Shown piece by piece: positions 46,280-57,182 of a stretch of DNA of 64,000 bases. Position 1 is the first letter of the stretch; every line of letters starts with the position of its first letter. Where the stretch lies: NCBI GenBank assembly GCA_963802225.1, contig CAWDHZ010000014.1, positions 4,877 through 68,876 of the forward strand. The letters are read 5' to 3'. Made by a program: the position numbers and the translations under genes. Origin of the DNA: an uncultured delta proteobacterium. GTDB taxonomy: Bacteria > Desulfobacterota > Syntrophia > Syntrophales > UBA2192. The notes beneath the pieces were generated by a model. The model saw only the letters and a list, made by a program, of their open reading frames with translations, made no database searches and had not been told where the DNA came from.

Positions 46280-47515
46280 ACGGCAATAATCCCTGAAATT
46301 ATTCACGGCAGTAAAGAACTCCCTCATCATCACGACCCAGTAGTAACGCCCCTGGGGGGTAAGATAGAGCCAGTCTTTGCGGTAGTCGTAGCGGACGGCG
46401 CCGACGATGCGAAAAGGCAGCAGCACCTGCCCCAGGTGCCAGTCGAAGGCCTTTCCGTATTTTTTGCGCATCGATGGAAGATCGAGCAGCAGCCCGAAGA
46501 GCTTCATGAGGAAATCGTAGCGCACCTGCTCGCCGAGGCTGAACTCCTTCGAGGCCGCAAGCGGGATCTCCCCGCGGTTCACCTTGTCGATGTAGTCGCG
46601 GATATGGAAGGTGTTGGCGTAGCAGGTCCCGTAGAGATAGCCGATGGAGCCGCTCCCCAGGCCGGCGTAGTCGTCGTAGTTGACGACGTACTCGTCGATC
46701 ATGGCCTCCTTGCGGGAGAAGCACCACGCCGAGGAGAAGCGATAGGGCGGAACGAGCCGCTCCGTGATGATCCCGTAGAATTCCCTTTCGCGGTCCTCCG
46801 GGATGGGCCCCAGGGTCTTGTGAACAAGCTCGCGCGTCTTCGTCGAGACCATGAGGGGGTAGTAGGTGACCTGGTCCACACCGGTTTCCAGGAGCCGGTC
46901 GATGTCCGCATTCAGGCTTTCGCGCGTCTGCCGGGCGAAATTGAAGATCATATCGGCATTGAGCGTGTCAAAGGCACCCCCGATCTCCTTGAGCCTCGCC
47001 GCGATGGAAGCCCCGCTGCCGTATTTCTCATAGCGGTCCATGGCCTTGAGCAGCTCGTCGTCAAAGCTCTGGATGCCCACTGAAAGACGGTTCACGCCCG
47101 CCTTTTTCAAGGTATCGAGGTTCGGGTCGGTCAGGTGGTTGGGGTTGGTCTCGACGGAAATCTCCCGGATGGGGTAGAGGCTTTTCGCATGCTGAAGCGT
47201 TGAGGCCAGTTCGTCAACCATGACCGTCGGCGTACCGCCGCCTACGTAGATCCCCTCGAAGGTATAGCCCCGCGCTTTATAGAGAGACAACTCCCCGCGC
47301 AGGGCCCCGAAGTACTCCCGGCAGAGGGCCTCGTCAAAGGTCACGCGGTTGAAGGAGCAGTAGGGGCAGAGCTTTTCGCAGAAGGGAACGTGGATATAAA
47401 GGAGGCAGGGGCTGCCGGCGCGGGCTGCCGGGAGCGCGGGGTTTGTCCCCTCCCGGAAGTTCATGGCCCGGGCGAATTGTTTTCGCGCCACGTGCCCGAT
47501 AATTTTGTCAATCAC
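46277..47515 (-). CDS. HemN/HemZ-like radical SAM protein (coproporphyrinogen-III-oxidase family)
   Basis: LYIHVPFCEKLCPYCSF (CxxxCxxC), GGGTP, and SVGIQSFDD. Confidence 0.8.
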   Translation of the reverse strand: MIDKIIGHVARKQFARAMNFREGTNPALPAARAGSPCLLYIHVPFCEKLCPYCSFNRVTFDEALCREYFGALRGELSLYKARGYTFEGIYVGGGTPTVMVDELASTLQHAKSLYPIREISVETNPNHLTDPNLDTLKKAGVNRLSVGIQSFDDELLKAMDRYEKYGSGASIAARLKEIGGAFDTLNADMIFNFARQTRESLNADIDRLLETGVDQVTYYPLMVSTKTRELVHKTLGPIPEDREREFYGIITERLVPPYRFSSAWCFSRKEAMIDEYVVNYDDYAGLGSGSIGYLYGTCYANTFHIRDYIDKVNRGEIPLAASKEFSLGEQVRYDFLMKLFGLLLDLPSMRKKYGKAFDWHLGQVLLPFRIVGAVRYDYRKDWLYLTPQGRYYWVVMMREFFTAVNNFRDYCR

Positions 47516-47680
47516 GGGGACCTCACTGGGTGTGCCTGGCCGGCATTTGCCTTGCGGTCAGGCGACGTTAACAGACAAAATCCGATTTATCAAGGGCTTA
47601 TGCAGTCTTGAAATCGACGCCTGTTGGTGCTATAGCAGTTTCCGACAGTTTTCAGCGGGTTATTGCCCAGAGGGTAGACG

Positions 47681-48235
47681 ATGACAAAAAACAAGACCTG
47701 GCAACTCTGGCGCGACGAAAAGATGACCGAAGAGGAGGGGGCACTTCTGCGGAAGAAGGCCACGGACCTGCCCGTCCCCTTCAACGCCGCGGCGAAAAAG
47801 GACATCCAGACCCTCGTCGAGGCCTTCCTGAAGCGCAATGACGCCCTGGGGCTTGCGGCCCCGCAGATCGGGATCAGCAAGCGCATCATCGCCTTCAAGG
47901 TGAAGGACTTCGACAAGAAGGGGCTGAGCGGCAAGGGCGACTGGGAGGTCCTGATCAACGCCCGCATCACCCAGCTTCGCGGTGATGCGGAAGTGATGAA
48001 CGAGGGCTGTCTCTCCTGCCCCGACATCAGCGTGGAGGTAACCCGCGCGACCGAGATCAAGGTCAAGGCCGTCGACGTCAACGGCAACAAGGTGAACAAG
48101 CGCTACACGGGCTTTCTCGCCCGCATCGTCCAGCACGAGATCGACCACCTCGACGGCCGACTCGTCGTCGACCACGAGGGGACCATCTCCTACCCGAAGG
48201 AGAAGCGGGAGTTTTTTGACAAGATCTTCAAATAG
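47681..48235 (+). CDS. def: Peptide deformylase
   Basis: GLAAPQIG, EGCLS and HEIDH motifs. Confidence 0.9.
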   Translation: MTKNKTWQLWRDEKMTEEEGALLRKKATDLPVPFNAAAKKDIQTLVEAFLKRNDALGLAAPQIGISKRIIAFKVKDFDKKGLSGKGDWEVLINARITQLRGDAEVMNEGCLSCPDISVEVTRATEIKVKAVDVNGNKVNKRYTGFLARIVQHEIDHLDGRLVVDHEGTISYPKEKREFFDKIFK

Positions 48236-48287
48236 AGGGTGCAGGGTCCCGGGGTCAGGGACCGGACAATGAGAAGAAGCAAGAAAC

Positions 48288-48330
48288 AACGCCCCCGTTT
48301 GGGAAACCAGACGGGGCGTTCTCTTTTGTT
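48288..48330 (+). terminator. Intrinsic terminator after def
   Basis: aacgcccccg-tttgggaaaccag-acggggcgtt followed by ctcttttgtt. Confidence 0.6.
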
Positions 48331-48619
48331 CGACTTGCTATTTTAAATTGTTAAACAACTGTCTGGATGCAAAACGCCAGGCATCCCGACGAGCGAGGCA
48401 TACTTTGTGGCATACGATGAGCGATGAGGGACGAGGGTAACGCAAGCAGACTGTTGACATATCGAAAGACATCGCCGGGATGGACCTGTGTGAGGTCCTC
48501 GGGATGGGAATGAAACTGGGCGTGAAGGTGAGCGACAACACGAAGGCCTTCTTCAAGAAGACCAAGGCCGATGTGGTGCTCTCTCTCGACTGGACTCGAC
48601 ATTGCACGCGATACTGCGT

Positions 48620-51376
48620 TCAGACTCCGGGGCCGGTTTCAGGGACCGCCGCTTTCAGCTTCTTTCTTTTTCTCAGGACCTGCAGGGTGAAGACGCCCGC
48701 GAGGAGGCCGATTCCCAGGATATCCGTAAAGGTTCCGGGGAAGATCAGGGCCGCGGCCGCGGCGCCCGTGGCAACGCGCTCCGGAATCGTCGAGTGGTCC
48801 TTGAGATACCCGATGATCGTCGCGCCCAGGGCAATAACGCCCAGGAACATCGTGAGCATGACCTGTCCGAACCAGACGTAATCGAAGGGGGTCGTCCCGT
48901 CAAGGATCGTCGGCATCCAGAGCACGATCGGCGCGGACACGAATACAAGTGGAATGATGAAGCCCCCCGATGCGAGCGTGAACGCCCTCAGGCCTGTCTT
49001 GAAGGGATCCGCACCGGAAATCCCCGATGCCGCATAGGCCGCGAGCGCCACGGGCGGCGTCACGTCGGCCAGGATCGCGTAGAAAAAGACGAACATGTGT
49101 GAGACGAGCGGGTGGATGCCCCACTGCATGAGCGCCGGCGCGGCGATCATGGCGGCGATGATGTATTGGGCTGTCGTGGGGATGCCCATGCCGAGGACAA
49201 AGCAGGCCAGCGCCGTGTTGATCAGCGTGAAGAACAGGGTGATGTCACTGACGGTGCTCAGGCCCATCAACAGGGGATGGAGAAAGACGGCGATCTGGTG
49301 GGCTACGGCAATAACGGCCGTGGCAAACTTGAGGCCGATCCCGGTGAGCGTCGTCGCCCCGACGATGAAGCCCACGCAGGCGCAGGCCGCGCCGATGGCG
49401 ATCGCGTTCTTCGTTCCGTCCTCGAGGCTCGAGAGGATCTCGGGAACGCGCATTTTGCTTTCCTTGTAGAAGACACCGGTCAGGATGATGAGCATGCAGC
49501 ACCAGAAGGCGGCAAGCAACGTTTCCATCCCGAAAAAGAGAAGCCCTGTGAGGATGACCGCGATGGCCAGGGCGATTCCCGTCGGGAGCAGCTCGGAGGT
49601 CCTGTAAAAATAAAAAAACGCGATGGACGCAAAGCCCGCCCAGCCGACAAGGACCGCTGTGGATTCGAAGGGGTTGATGCTGAACAGGCAGGGAAGCACG
49701 CTGAGCAGCAGCGGGATCAGGAGCGGTTTTGTTCTTTCATGAATCTGGCCCGTGGCGGTGGCGTAGATAATGCCCCAGAAGGCTGCCATGAAGGGACTCT
49801 TGCCCGAAACGAGCAAATAGATGATGATGAATAGCGGAAAGATCAAAAGCCCCCGTTCCCTCATTACGTCCCACAGGCGGGGCAGGTTCTCCCTCGACAG
49901 GCCCACGAGTCCGCTTTTCTTCGCCTCCAGGTGAACCATGGTAGCTACGGCAAAAAAGTAAAACAAGGCGGGAACGATGGCACAGGTGGCGATCTTGATG
50001 TAGGCAATCCCCAGGAACTCGGCCATGATGAAGGCTGCCGCCCCCATGATGGGGGGCATGATCTGGCCGCCTGTGGAGGCGGCTGCTTCCACAGCTCCCG
50101 CAAAAACCGGGCGATAGCCAACCTTCTTCATCAGGGGAATCGTGAAGGAGCCCGTCGTCACCGTGTTGGCCACGGACGAGCCGCTGATGGAGCCCATGAA
50201 GCCGCTGGAGATGACGGCGACCTTCGCCGGCCCCCCGGCGGACCAGCCAGCAAGCGCCATGGCGAGGTCCATGAAGAGCTGGGCGAGCCCCGTCCGGGCG
50301 ATAAAGAGCCCGAAGAGGACGAAGTGGAAGACGAAGGTGGCCACGACCCCCAGGGGGATGCCGTAGATGCCCTCTGTGCCGAGGAACATGTAGTCGACGA
50401 TCCGCGAGATCGAGTAGCCCCGGTGGGCGAAGATATCGAGCCCCGGGATATCGAGGAAGTAGGGCCCGAGGTAGCAGTTGATCAGCACCAGCATGGCGAT
50501 GATCGGCAGCGGTGCGCCGATGCTGCGCCTCGCCCCCTCCAGGATGAGCAGGAAGGAGAAGCTCCCGACGACGAGTTCCGCCTGATCGGGGCTGCCGGCC
50601 CGCATGCCGATGTTGTTGAACTCCAGGAAGACGAAGACGGAGATCATGCAGGCCATGAGGGCGAAGAAAACATCGAAGTAGGGAATGTTGTCCTGCTTGT
50701 AGTCGGCGGCCTTGTGGTCCCGCAAGATGGCAAGTAGAGCCCGAACCCAGTTCAGAAAGAAGAGCGCGATGATCGCCAGGAAAATCCCCAGCAGGAAAAT
50801 CCCCCAAAAAACGAGTTCGGGGTTAAGGTCCTCGAACCAGGAGCGGACGTCCAGGTGCGTCCAGCCCAGGCCGATTCCGTAGATGACAAACCCGATCATG
50901 GCCGTGTAGATGGGGAAGTCGACATAGAGGGCCAGGCGATCGGGCAGGTTCTCGCGCTGTTTGAAGTAGAGGACCAGGGCGAAGGTGGCAGCGGCCATCG
51001 CCGCACTGGCGCCGAAGGACAGGCCTAAAATTTCCCGGAAAATTGCCGTGTTGAGCATGGCCGCCACGACGGCATAGAGGATATCGTAGACGAGGTGCTT
51101 GCCCCCCTTGAGGTGGACGTCCTTCTTCATCGCGTAGACGAAGAAGACCAGCGGAAGCACGAAGGCCAGGTGGAAGGCGCGGTGGCGCCACTCCTGCAGC
51201 ACACCGAAGCCCGCCGTGTAGATGTGGAAGATTGAGAGGATAATCGTCATGGCGAAGACCAGCTTCGCCGTCATCCCCGTGAGCTGTCGGAACCGCATCT
51301 CGGGGTCGTACTTGGCGATCTGATCCGGATCTTCCTTGATCTCGGGGGCTGTTAGGACCACTTTCTGCTCAGCCAT
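48620..51376 (-). CDS. TAXI-type TRAP transporter fused 4TM/12TM permease
   Basis: 918 aa and extremely hydrophobic. It lies downstream of the DUF1850 and TAXI-binding-protein genes. Confidence 0.9.
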   Translation of the reverse strand: MAEQKVVLTAPEIKEDPDQIAKYDPEMRFRQLTGMTAKLVFAMTIILSIFHIYTAGFGVLQEWRHRAFHLAFVLPLVFFVYAMKKDVHLKGGKHLVYDILYAVVAAMLNTAIFREILGLSFGASAAMAAATFALVLYFKQRENLPDRLALYVDFPIYTAMIGFVIYGIGLGWTHLDVRSWFEDLNPELVFWGIFLLGIFLAIIALFFLNWVRALLAILRDHKAADYKQDNIPYFDVFFALMACMISVFVFLEFNNIGMRAGSPDQAELVVGSFSFLLILEGARRSIGAPLPIIAMLVLINCYLGPYFLDIPGLDIFAHRGYSISRIVDYMFLGTEGIYGIPLGVVATFVFHFVLFGLFIARTGLAQLFMDLAMALAGWSAGGPAKVAVISSGFMGSISGSSVANTVTTGSFTIPLMKKVGYRPVFAGAVEAAASTGGQIMPPIMGAAAFIMAEFLGIAYIKIATCAIVPALFYFFAVATMVHLEAKKSGLVGLSRENLPRLWDVMRERGLLIFPLFIIIYLLVSGKSPFMAAFWGIIYATATGQIHERTKPLLIPLLLSVLPCLFSINPFESTAVLVGWAGFASIAFFYFYRTSELLPTGIALAIAVILTGLLFFGMETLLAAFWCCMLIILTGVFYKESKMRVPEILSSLEDGTKNAIAIGAACACVGFIVGATTLTGIGLKFATAVIAVAHQIAVFLHPLLMGLSTVSDITLFFTLINTALACFVLGMGIPTTAQYIIAAMIAAPALMQWGIHPLVSHMFVFFYAILADVTPPVALAAYAASGISGADPFKTGLRAFTLASGGFIIPLVFVSAPIVLWMPTILDGTTPFDYVWFGQVMLTMFLGVIALGATIIGYLKDHSTIPERVATGAAAAALIFPGTFTDILGIGLLAGVFTLQVLRKRKKLKAAVPETGPGV

Positions 51377-51402
51377 GTCACCGATCCTCGCTTCTGTTCA
51401 GT

Positions 51403-51903
51403 CTACATTCGGAAGGCCCAGGGCAGAAGCTCCCAGGCGAAAACCCTCGGGGTCGAAATCCGGAGAAGCCCGTTTCCCGCCAGCGCCGGGAGGGAAGCAA
51501 CCTTTCCGTCCATCGCAAGCGAACCTCCGAAGTCCTTGTGGACCCAGAGCTGGATCTCGGGCAGCACCCGGTTGAGATTCGAGAGTCGAAAGCCCCTGTC
51601 CGTTCTCTCGAAGACCTCCCCCTTCGAGACGACGGCGGGGAGCCCCGTGTTCAGGGAGCTGAATTCCGTCTGATATAGAATAATCCGGTAGTCATCGTCA
51701 ATCCGGAAATAATCCGTAACCTCGGATTTTTCCACCGAGTGGACAAAGGATAGCGTGAAGGTGTCGCCCGGTGCAACCCTCTTGAGCAATACGACCCTTC
51801 CCGTCCCGCCGGACGCCCGCACTTCAAGGCCGTGCAGGGGGACGAAGCCGGCCGCCAGGACAAGAAGGGCTGCGGCGGCCAGGGTCCAGTGTAACCTTTT
51901 CAT
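51403..51903 (-). CDS. DUF1850-domain protein (TAXI-TRAP accessory)
   Basis: 166 aa with an N-terminal TM/signal segment. Its position between the TAXI SBP and the fused permease is typical. Confidence 0.7.
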   Translation of the reverse strand: MKRLHWTLAAAALLVLAAGFVPLHGLEVRASGGTGRVVLLKRVAPGDTFTLSFVHSVEKSEVTDYFRIDDDYRIILYQTEFSSLNTGLPAVVSKGEVFERTDRGFRLSNLNRVLPEIQLWVHKDFGGSLAMDGKVASLPALAGNGLLRISTPRVFAWELLPWAFRM

Positions 51904-51965
51904 ATAAAAAACTGGGCACCCCCGAGGGAGTGCCCAGTTTACCTCCCGGTTGAAACAGGATGTCG

Positions 51966-52970
51966 CTACTTCTTTTTCGGGGCAGCCTTCTTGGCAGGCT
52001 CCGCCTTGATCACGCCCACTTCCTTATAATACTTCTCCGCACCGGGATGGAGCGGAACGGCCATGCCGGCCAGGGCCGTCTTGATCTGCACGTTCTTGCC
52101 CTGGGCGTGAGCCTGTGCCATCTTCGCGGCGCCGCTCTCCCAGAGGGCCTTCGTCAGCTTGTAGACCACCTCATCGGGCACCTCGGCGCCGACAACCCAC
52201 TGGGCCATCGTCGTGATGGTGGCCACGTCCTTCTCCTGGTCCTTGTAGGTCCCCTTGGGGATGATGATTCGGCTGTAGAAGGGGTATTTTGTGGTGAGTT
52301 CTTTGATCTTAGCTTCATCGATGGGGACAACCATGATCTTCGCCGAGATGGCCAGTTCCTGGATCGCCGCCGTGGGCCAGCCAGCCGTCGTGAAGGTCAC
52401 GTCGGCCTGCTTGTCCTGGAGCCGCTGGGCCGCGCCGGAGAAGCCGAGCCAGTCGACACCGGCAAAGTCCTTGTAGGTGTAGCCGTAGACGCCCAGGACG
52501 TTGAGCGTATCGACCTCGGTTCCACTGCCGCGGTCACCGGGAACGAGCCGCTTTCCCTTGATGTCCTTGACGGTCTTGATCCCCGAATCAGCGCGGGCGA
52601 CGATCTGGATCGTCTCGGGATAGAGGGAGGCGATCAGGCGGAGATTCTTGGCCGGCTTTTCCTTGAACTGATCAACTCCCGCGTAGGCGTTGTAGGCCAC
52701 GTTGCTCTGTACGAAGGCCGACTCGATCTGCTTGTCGCGGATCAGGTTGCAGTTGGCGACCGATGCCTGCCCGGCCTGTGCCGTCGTGACAACCTCGGGT
52801 ACCTTTTCCGTCAGCGCCTGGGCCAGGATGCCGCCTAAGGGATAATAGGTGCCACCCGTGCCACCGGTGGCAATGACGAAGAACTGTTTCTGCTGCGCAA
52901 TCAACGTCCCCGCAAGGACGAGCGTCAGCGCCAGTACGATGGATACGACGAGAAATGCTCTCTTCTTCAT
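51966..52970 (-). CDS. TAXI-family TRAP transporter solute-binding protein
   Basis: ORF trimmed to ATG 52970 (AAGGAGGG upstream). Signal peptide, then ATGGTGGTYYPLGG. Confidence 0.85.
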   Translation of the reverse strand: MKKRAFLVVSIVLALTLVLAGTLIAQQKQFFVIATGGTGGTYYPLGGILAQALTEKVPEVVTTAQAGQASVANCNLIRDKQIESAFVQSNVAYNAYAGVDQFKEKPAKNLRLIASLYPETIQIVARADSGIKTVKDIKGKRLVPGDRGSGTEVDTLNVLGVYGYTYKDFAGVDWLGFSGAAQRLQDKQADVTFTTAGWPTAAIQELAISAKIMVVPIDEAKIKELTTKYPFYSRIIIPKGTYKDQEKDVATITTMAQWVVGAEVPDEVVYKLTKALWESGAAKMAQAHAQGKNVQIKTALAGMAVPLHPGAEKYYKEVGVIKAEPAKKAAPKKK

Positions 52971-53310
52971 CCAAAAACCCTCCTTATCATGTTGGCTGGA
53001 AGTTCCGATAAGATGCCGGCTGCGTCCCGTTTTCACAGACGACCCTGAACGGCTGTTTCAGGGCAATGCCGCCTGTTTCGGTCCGATGGAATTGATTAGA
53101 ATAATTCCCCCTTGTTGTCAAGCTTTTCCCTTGTCTATCCACAGGGCGCCATTGGTAAAATTCGTTGCAAAACAGTACCTTTCGAGGCATCGGGATTTGC
53201 ATCGCCATAAAATATCCTTGATTTTTCGCAATCAAGATAATAAAAGATACCGTTGATGCAAAGGCCTGCCCGGGGATTTCGCGGGCCGGGTCGAACAAGG
53301 AGCTCCGCGG

Positions 53311-54045
53311 ATGATCAAGTTTATCGAGGTCCACAAGTGGTTCAAGGACCTCCACGTCCTCAATGGCGTCAACTTCCACGTGAAGCAAGGGGAGGTCGTC
53401 GTCGTTTGCGGTCCTTCCGGCTCGGGGAAGTCAACGCTCATCCGCTGCATCAACAGCCTCGAGCCCATCCAGAAGGGGACTCTCATCGTCGACGGGATGG
53501 CCCTCGGCGACAAGAAGACGGACATCACGAAGCTGCGCGCCGAGATAGGCTTCGTTTTTCAGCAGTTCAACCTTTACCCCCACCTGACCGCCCTGAAGAA
53601 CATCACCCTTGCCCCCGTCAAGGTGAGGAACATGAGTACAAAGGAAGCCGAGGATGTCGCCATGTCGCTCCTGGAACGGGTGGGTCTGGCCGACAGGAAG
53701 GATTCCTTCCCGGCGCAGCTCTCCGGGGGGCAGCAGCAGCGCGTGGCCATCGCACGGGCGCTGGCAATGAAGCCGAAGATCATGCTTTTCGACGAGCCCA
53801 CCTCGGCCCTGGACCCCGAGATGATCGGCGAGGTGCTTCAGGTCATGCTGGGCCTTGCCAACACGGGCATGACGCTCGTGGTGGTCACCCATGAGATGGG
53901 CTTCGCCCGGGAAGTGGCCAACCGGGTCGTCTTCATGGATTTCGGCCAGATCCTCGAGGAGGCACACCCCGAAGAATTTTTCAAGAACCCGAAACACGAA
54001 CGGGCGAAACAGTTCCTGAAGGAAATATTGTCACCCATGCACTAA
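53311..54045 (+). CDS. Polar amino-acid ABC transporter ATP-binding protein
   Basis: [24 protein letters not shown], and [11 protein letters not shown]. Confidence 0.9.
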   Translation: MIKFIEVHKWFKDLHVLNGVNFHVKQGEVVVVCGPSGSGKSTLIRCINSLEPIQKGTLIVDGMALGDKKTDITKLRAEIGFVFQQFNLYPHLTALKNITLAPVKVRNMSTKEAEDVAMSLLERVGLADRKDSFPAQLSGGQQQRVAIARALAMKPKIMLFDEPTSALDPEMIGEVLQVMLGLANTGMTLVVVTHEMGFAREVANRVVFMDFGQILEEAHPEEFFKNPKHERAKQFLKEILSPMH

Positions 54046-54062
54046 TAATAAGGAGGATTTCG

Positions 54063-54884
54063 ATGAAAAGATTTCTGGCAACCCTGATCGCGCTGACTTT
54101 TATCTTTGGACTGACGGGCATCGTTCTGGCAGAGGACACCTACGATGTCGTGAAAAAGAGGGGAACCCTGATCGTAGGCGTGAAGGACGCCTCGCCGGGG
54201 TTTGGCTACATCGACCCGAAGACCCGCGAGATCGTGGGCTACGACGCGGATTTCGCGGCTTACCTTGCCAAGAAGATGGGCGTAAAGCTCGAACTCAAGG
54301 GCGTCACCTCGGCGGCCCGGATTCCCCAGCTCCAGGCCGGCAATGTTGACCTGATCGCCGCGACACTGACCTGGACGGCCGAGCGGGCCAAGCAGGTAGA
54401 TTTCTCCTATACCTACTTTCTCACGGGCCAGAAGTTTCTCGTGAAGAAGGGCACCGTGAATAGCCTCGCCGATCTCGAGGGCAAGAAACTCGGGACGGCC
54501 AAGGGCACCACCTCGGAGCAGAACGCCTCCAAGGCCCTGCCCAAGGCGACGATCCTTTCCTTCGACGACTATCCCCAGGCATTCCTGGCGCTGCAGCAGG
54601 GCAAGGTCGTGGCGGTGACGACGGACGAGTCGATCCTGGCCGGCATCCTCGGCAAGGCCCCCAACAAGGACCAGTACGAGATCGCAGACATCCGGATTTC
54701 CGATGAGCCCTACGGGCTTGCGATCCGCAAGGACAACCCCAAGTTCCTGAAATTCATCAACGACACGCTTCTCGAGATGGAGAAGAACGGCGAGGCCAAG
54801 AAAATCTGGGACAAGTGGTTCAACCCGCAGTCCGACCAGCCGATGCCCCGCGGCAAATTCAAGATCACGGCGGACCGGAAGTAG
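54063..54884 (+). CDS. Amino-acid ABC transporter substrate-binding protein (family 3)
   Basis: Signal peptide and a GTLIVGVKDASPGFGY... periplasmic-binding-protein pattern. Confidence 0.85.
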   Translation: MKRFLATLIALTFIFGLTGIVLAEDTYDVVKKRGTLIVGVKDASPGFGYIDPKTREIVGYDADFAAYLAKKMGVKLELKGVTSAARIPQLQAGNVDLIAATLTWTAERAKQVDFSYTYFLTGQKFLVKKGTVNSLADLEGKKLGTAKGTTSEQNASKALPKATILSFDDYPQAFLALQQGKVVAVTTDESILAGILGKAPNKDQYEIADIRISDEPYGLAIRKDNPKFLKFINDTLLEMEKNGEAKKIWDKWFNPQSDQPMPRGKFKITADRK

Positions 54885-54923
54885 CGCCCGTTCGTTCAGG
54901 CCTATCGTTTCTTAAGCATATCG

Positions 54924-54968
54924 GCCGTCCGTACGCGCCGGGCCGGCGTGTACGGACGGCTCCTTTTT
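54924..54968 (+). terminator. Intercistronic hairpin with T-run (attenuator/terminator) between the binding-protein and permease genes
   Basis: gccgtccgtacgcgcc-gggcc-ggcgtgtacggacggc followed by tccttttt. Confidence 0.5.
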
Positions 54969-55025
54969 CGCGCCCCCGCTGGTTGAAATGCGGGGACGAT
55001 CAAATGTTCCGGCGGTCGTGCGGGT

Positions 55026-55733
55026 ATGTTCCAGTATCAGTTTGACTGGTCCGTCGTCCTCACCGGGCAATACGCCCAGTGGATCGTCGACGGCATCAAG
55101 CTCACCATCCAGCTCTCGGCGGTGTCGATTGCCCTGTCGTTTTTGATGGGGCTGCTCATCGCCGTCATGCGAATGAGCCAGGTCGCGCCCATCCGCGGGG
55201 TTGCCCACGGCTATCTGGAGTTCATCCGGAATACGCCGCTGCTCGTCCAGTTCTTCTTCTGGTACTTCGGCTCCTACCAGATCCTGCCGCAGGCCGTGAA
55301 CGACTGGCTCAACGCGCGGGATTTCGAGTTCGCCGCGGCCGTCATCGCGCTGACGATCTACACATCGGCCTTCATCGCCGAGGACATCCGCTCAGGCATC
55401 CGCTCCATCCCGAAGGAGCAGATGGAGGCGGCCCGCAGCTCCGGTTTTTCCTATATTCGCTCCATGCAGCACATCATCCTGCCCCAGGCCGTGCGGCTCA
55501 CCATCCCGCCGCTCATCAGCCAGTTTCTCAACCTGATGAAGAACTCGTCGCTCGCGATGACGATCGGCGTGGCGGAGCTCACGTACCAGGCCAGGCAGGT
55601 GGAAAGCTACACCTTCAGGGGGTTCGAGGCCTTCACGGCGGCGACCCTCGTTTATCTGGTCATGTCGCTCGTCATCACGGGCCTTGTGATGCTTTACGAC
55701 AAGAAAGTTCTCTCTCCAACGGGGATGAAATAA
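55026..55733 (+). CDS. Amino-acid ABC transporter permease
   Basis: HisM/GlnP-type permease with EAA-like loop (EAARSSGFSYIRSMQHIILPQA). Confidence 0.85.
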   Translation: MFQYQFDWSVVLTGQYAQWIVDGIKLTIQLSAVSIALSFLMGLLIAVMRMSQVAPIRGVAHGYLEFIRNTPLLVQFFFWYFGSYQILPQAVNDWLNARDFEFAAAVIALTIYTSAFIAEDIRSGIRSIPKEQMEAARSSGFSYIRSMQHIILPQAVRLTIPPLISQFLNLMKNSSLAMTIGVAELTYQARQVESYTFRGFEAFTAATLVYLVMSLVITGLVMLYDKKVLSPTGMK

Positions 55734-55736
55734 TCC

Positions 55737-56438
55737 ATGGACGGCTGGTTCGGATTCCAGGTCATCTGGGAAAACATGGCTCACTTCCTGGTGGGACGCT
55801 ACCCGAGCGGTCCCATCGGCGGGCTTGCGCTCACGATCTGGCTTGCCGTGGTCTCCTGCGCCCTCTCGATCGTCATCGGCATCTTCGCGGGGCTTTTGTG
55901 CGTCTCCGGTAACCGCTTCATCAAGTACCCCGTGCTCGCCGTCGTGAACTGCATCCGGGGGATCCCCCTGCTCATGGTCATCTTCTGGATGTACTTCCTG
56001 CTGCCCGCCTTCATGGGGATGGTCGTCCCGGAGAGCTGGACCGTCATCGCGGCGCTCACCATCTTCACCTCCGCCTATATGTCCCAGATCGTCCAGGCAG
56101 GCATCGAGGGCATCCCCCGGGGCCAGACCGAAGCGGGGCTCTCGACGGGGCTGTCCCGGAACCGGGTGATGGTCTTCATCGTGCTGCCCCAGGCCATACG
56201 GAACATGATCCCCTCCTTCGTGAACCAGCTAGTGTCCCTCATCAAGGACACGTCGCTTGCCTTCATCGTCGGTGTCGCCGAGCTGACCCACGTGGCCACC
56301 CAGGTGAGCAACCGCACGATGATCTACCCGGCCCAGATCTTCCTCTTCATCGCCATCATCTACTTCATCCTGTGCTTCATGCTCACGAGCTACTCGCGGT
56401 ATCTGGAGCAGAAACTCGCCTACAGAAAGGCCATATAA
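55737..56438 (+). CDS. Amino-acid ABC transporter permease
   Basis: Second permease with TEAGLSTGLSRNRVMVFIVLPQA. Confidence 0.85.
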   Translation: MDGWFGFQVIWENMAHFLVGRYPSGPIGGLALTIWLAVVSCALSIVIGIFAGLLCVSGNRFIKYPVLAVVNCIRGIPLLMVIFWMYFLLPAFMGMVVPESWTVIAALTIFTSAYMSQIVQAGIEGIPRGQTEAGLSTGLSRNRVMVFIVLPQAIRNMIPSFVNQLVSLIKDTSLAFIVGVAELTHVATQVSNRTMIYPAQIFLFIAIIYFILCFMLTSYSRYLEQKLAYRKAI

Positions 56439-56627
56439 ACACCGGCGAAGCCTTTCCCTGATCTCCCTCGCCCCACCGGGGGAGAGGGCCGGGGTGAGGG
56501 GGAATACTCCCCTTCCATGATTACTCTCTCATCTACCCCCTCCTCTGCCGTGCTTTTTCCGTTGACGTTTCCGCCCCGCACTCGTAATATCCCCGCGGCA
56601 AATATGCGTACGAAAGGGGATGGGAAG

Positions 56628-57152
56628 ATGTCCGAAGAAAAGTCTTACGAGATTCCTCCCGAGGCGCGGGCACAGGTCATGGCGGGGCTGGCGCTGGCCT
56701 GGGACGGCCAGTGGTTTTTGAAGGTGAACGACAAGTTCGGGTGGGACACGGCCGCCGAGCTCAACATCCGGACGCGACACGCCTTCGGGCGCATCGAGAT
56801 GCGAAGCACCCTGCTGGCCCTGGGGAAGAAGAAGGCCGATGACCTGGGGGACGCCTTGGAGGTCTGGCAGTCCTATTTCCGGATGTTCGGGGCCGACCGA
56901 GGCGTATTCGCCGGCGATTACGCGATCGAAGGCGACACGCTCGCGGTGACGGTGCACAAGTGCGCGGCCCGGGACGGGGCAAAACGGGCAAAGCTGGAGA
57001 AGGATGTCCAGGCCTGTCTTACCTGCGAGAGACTCTGGGAGATCTGGTTTTCAGCCTTGCTGCCCGACCATGACATCAACCAGGAGACGATTGCCCGGAT
57101 GGGCTTCGGCGATCCTGCCTGCCGCTTTCGCGTTACGGCGAAAGCAAAGTGA
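56628..57152 (+). CDS. Hypothetical soluble Cys-containing protein
   Basis: ORF 56517..57152 trimmed to MSEEKSYEIP. ...WDGQWFLKV...CLTCERLW...CRF. No family that I can name with confidence. Confidence 0.4.
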   Translation: MSEEKSYEIPPEARAQVMAGLALAWDGQWFLKVNDKFGWDTAAELNIRTRHAFGRIEMRSTLLALGKKKADDLGDALEVWQSYFRMFGADRGVFAGDYAIEGDTLAVTVHKCAARDGAKRAKLEKDVQACLTCERLWEIWFSALLPDHDINQETIARMGFGDPACRFRVTAKAK

Positions 57153-57182
57153 CCGGGGTCTCGGGAAAAGAACTCTTCTTCC

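Noticed and set aside
48336-48619. About 280-nt gene-free stretch between the def terminator and the TRAP permease 3' end, with ORFs 48338..48607(-) and 48480..48881(+)
   Set aside because: Both ORFs lack an RBS and recognisable motifs, and the plus-strand ORF runs antisense into the permease. A GG-N10-GC match (tggcatacgatgagc) is too weak on its own. It may hold an sRNA, but I cannot support that.
53135-53165. Sigma-54 promoter (tggtaaaattcgttgca) upstream of the ABC transporter operon
   Set aside because: The GG-to-GC spacing is one nucleotide longer than the GG-N10-GC rule. It is not supportable without a search.
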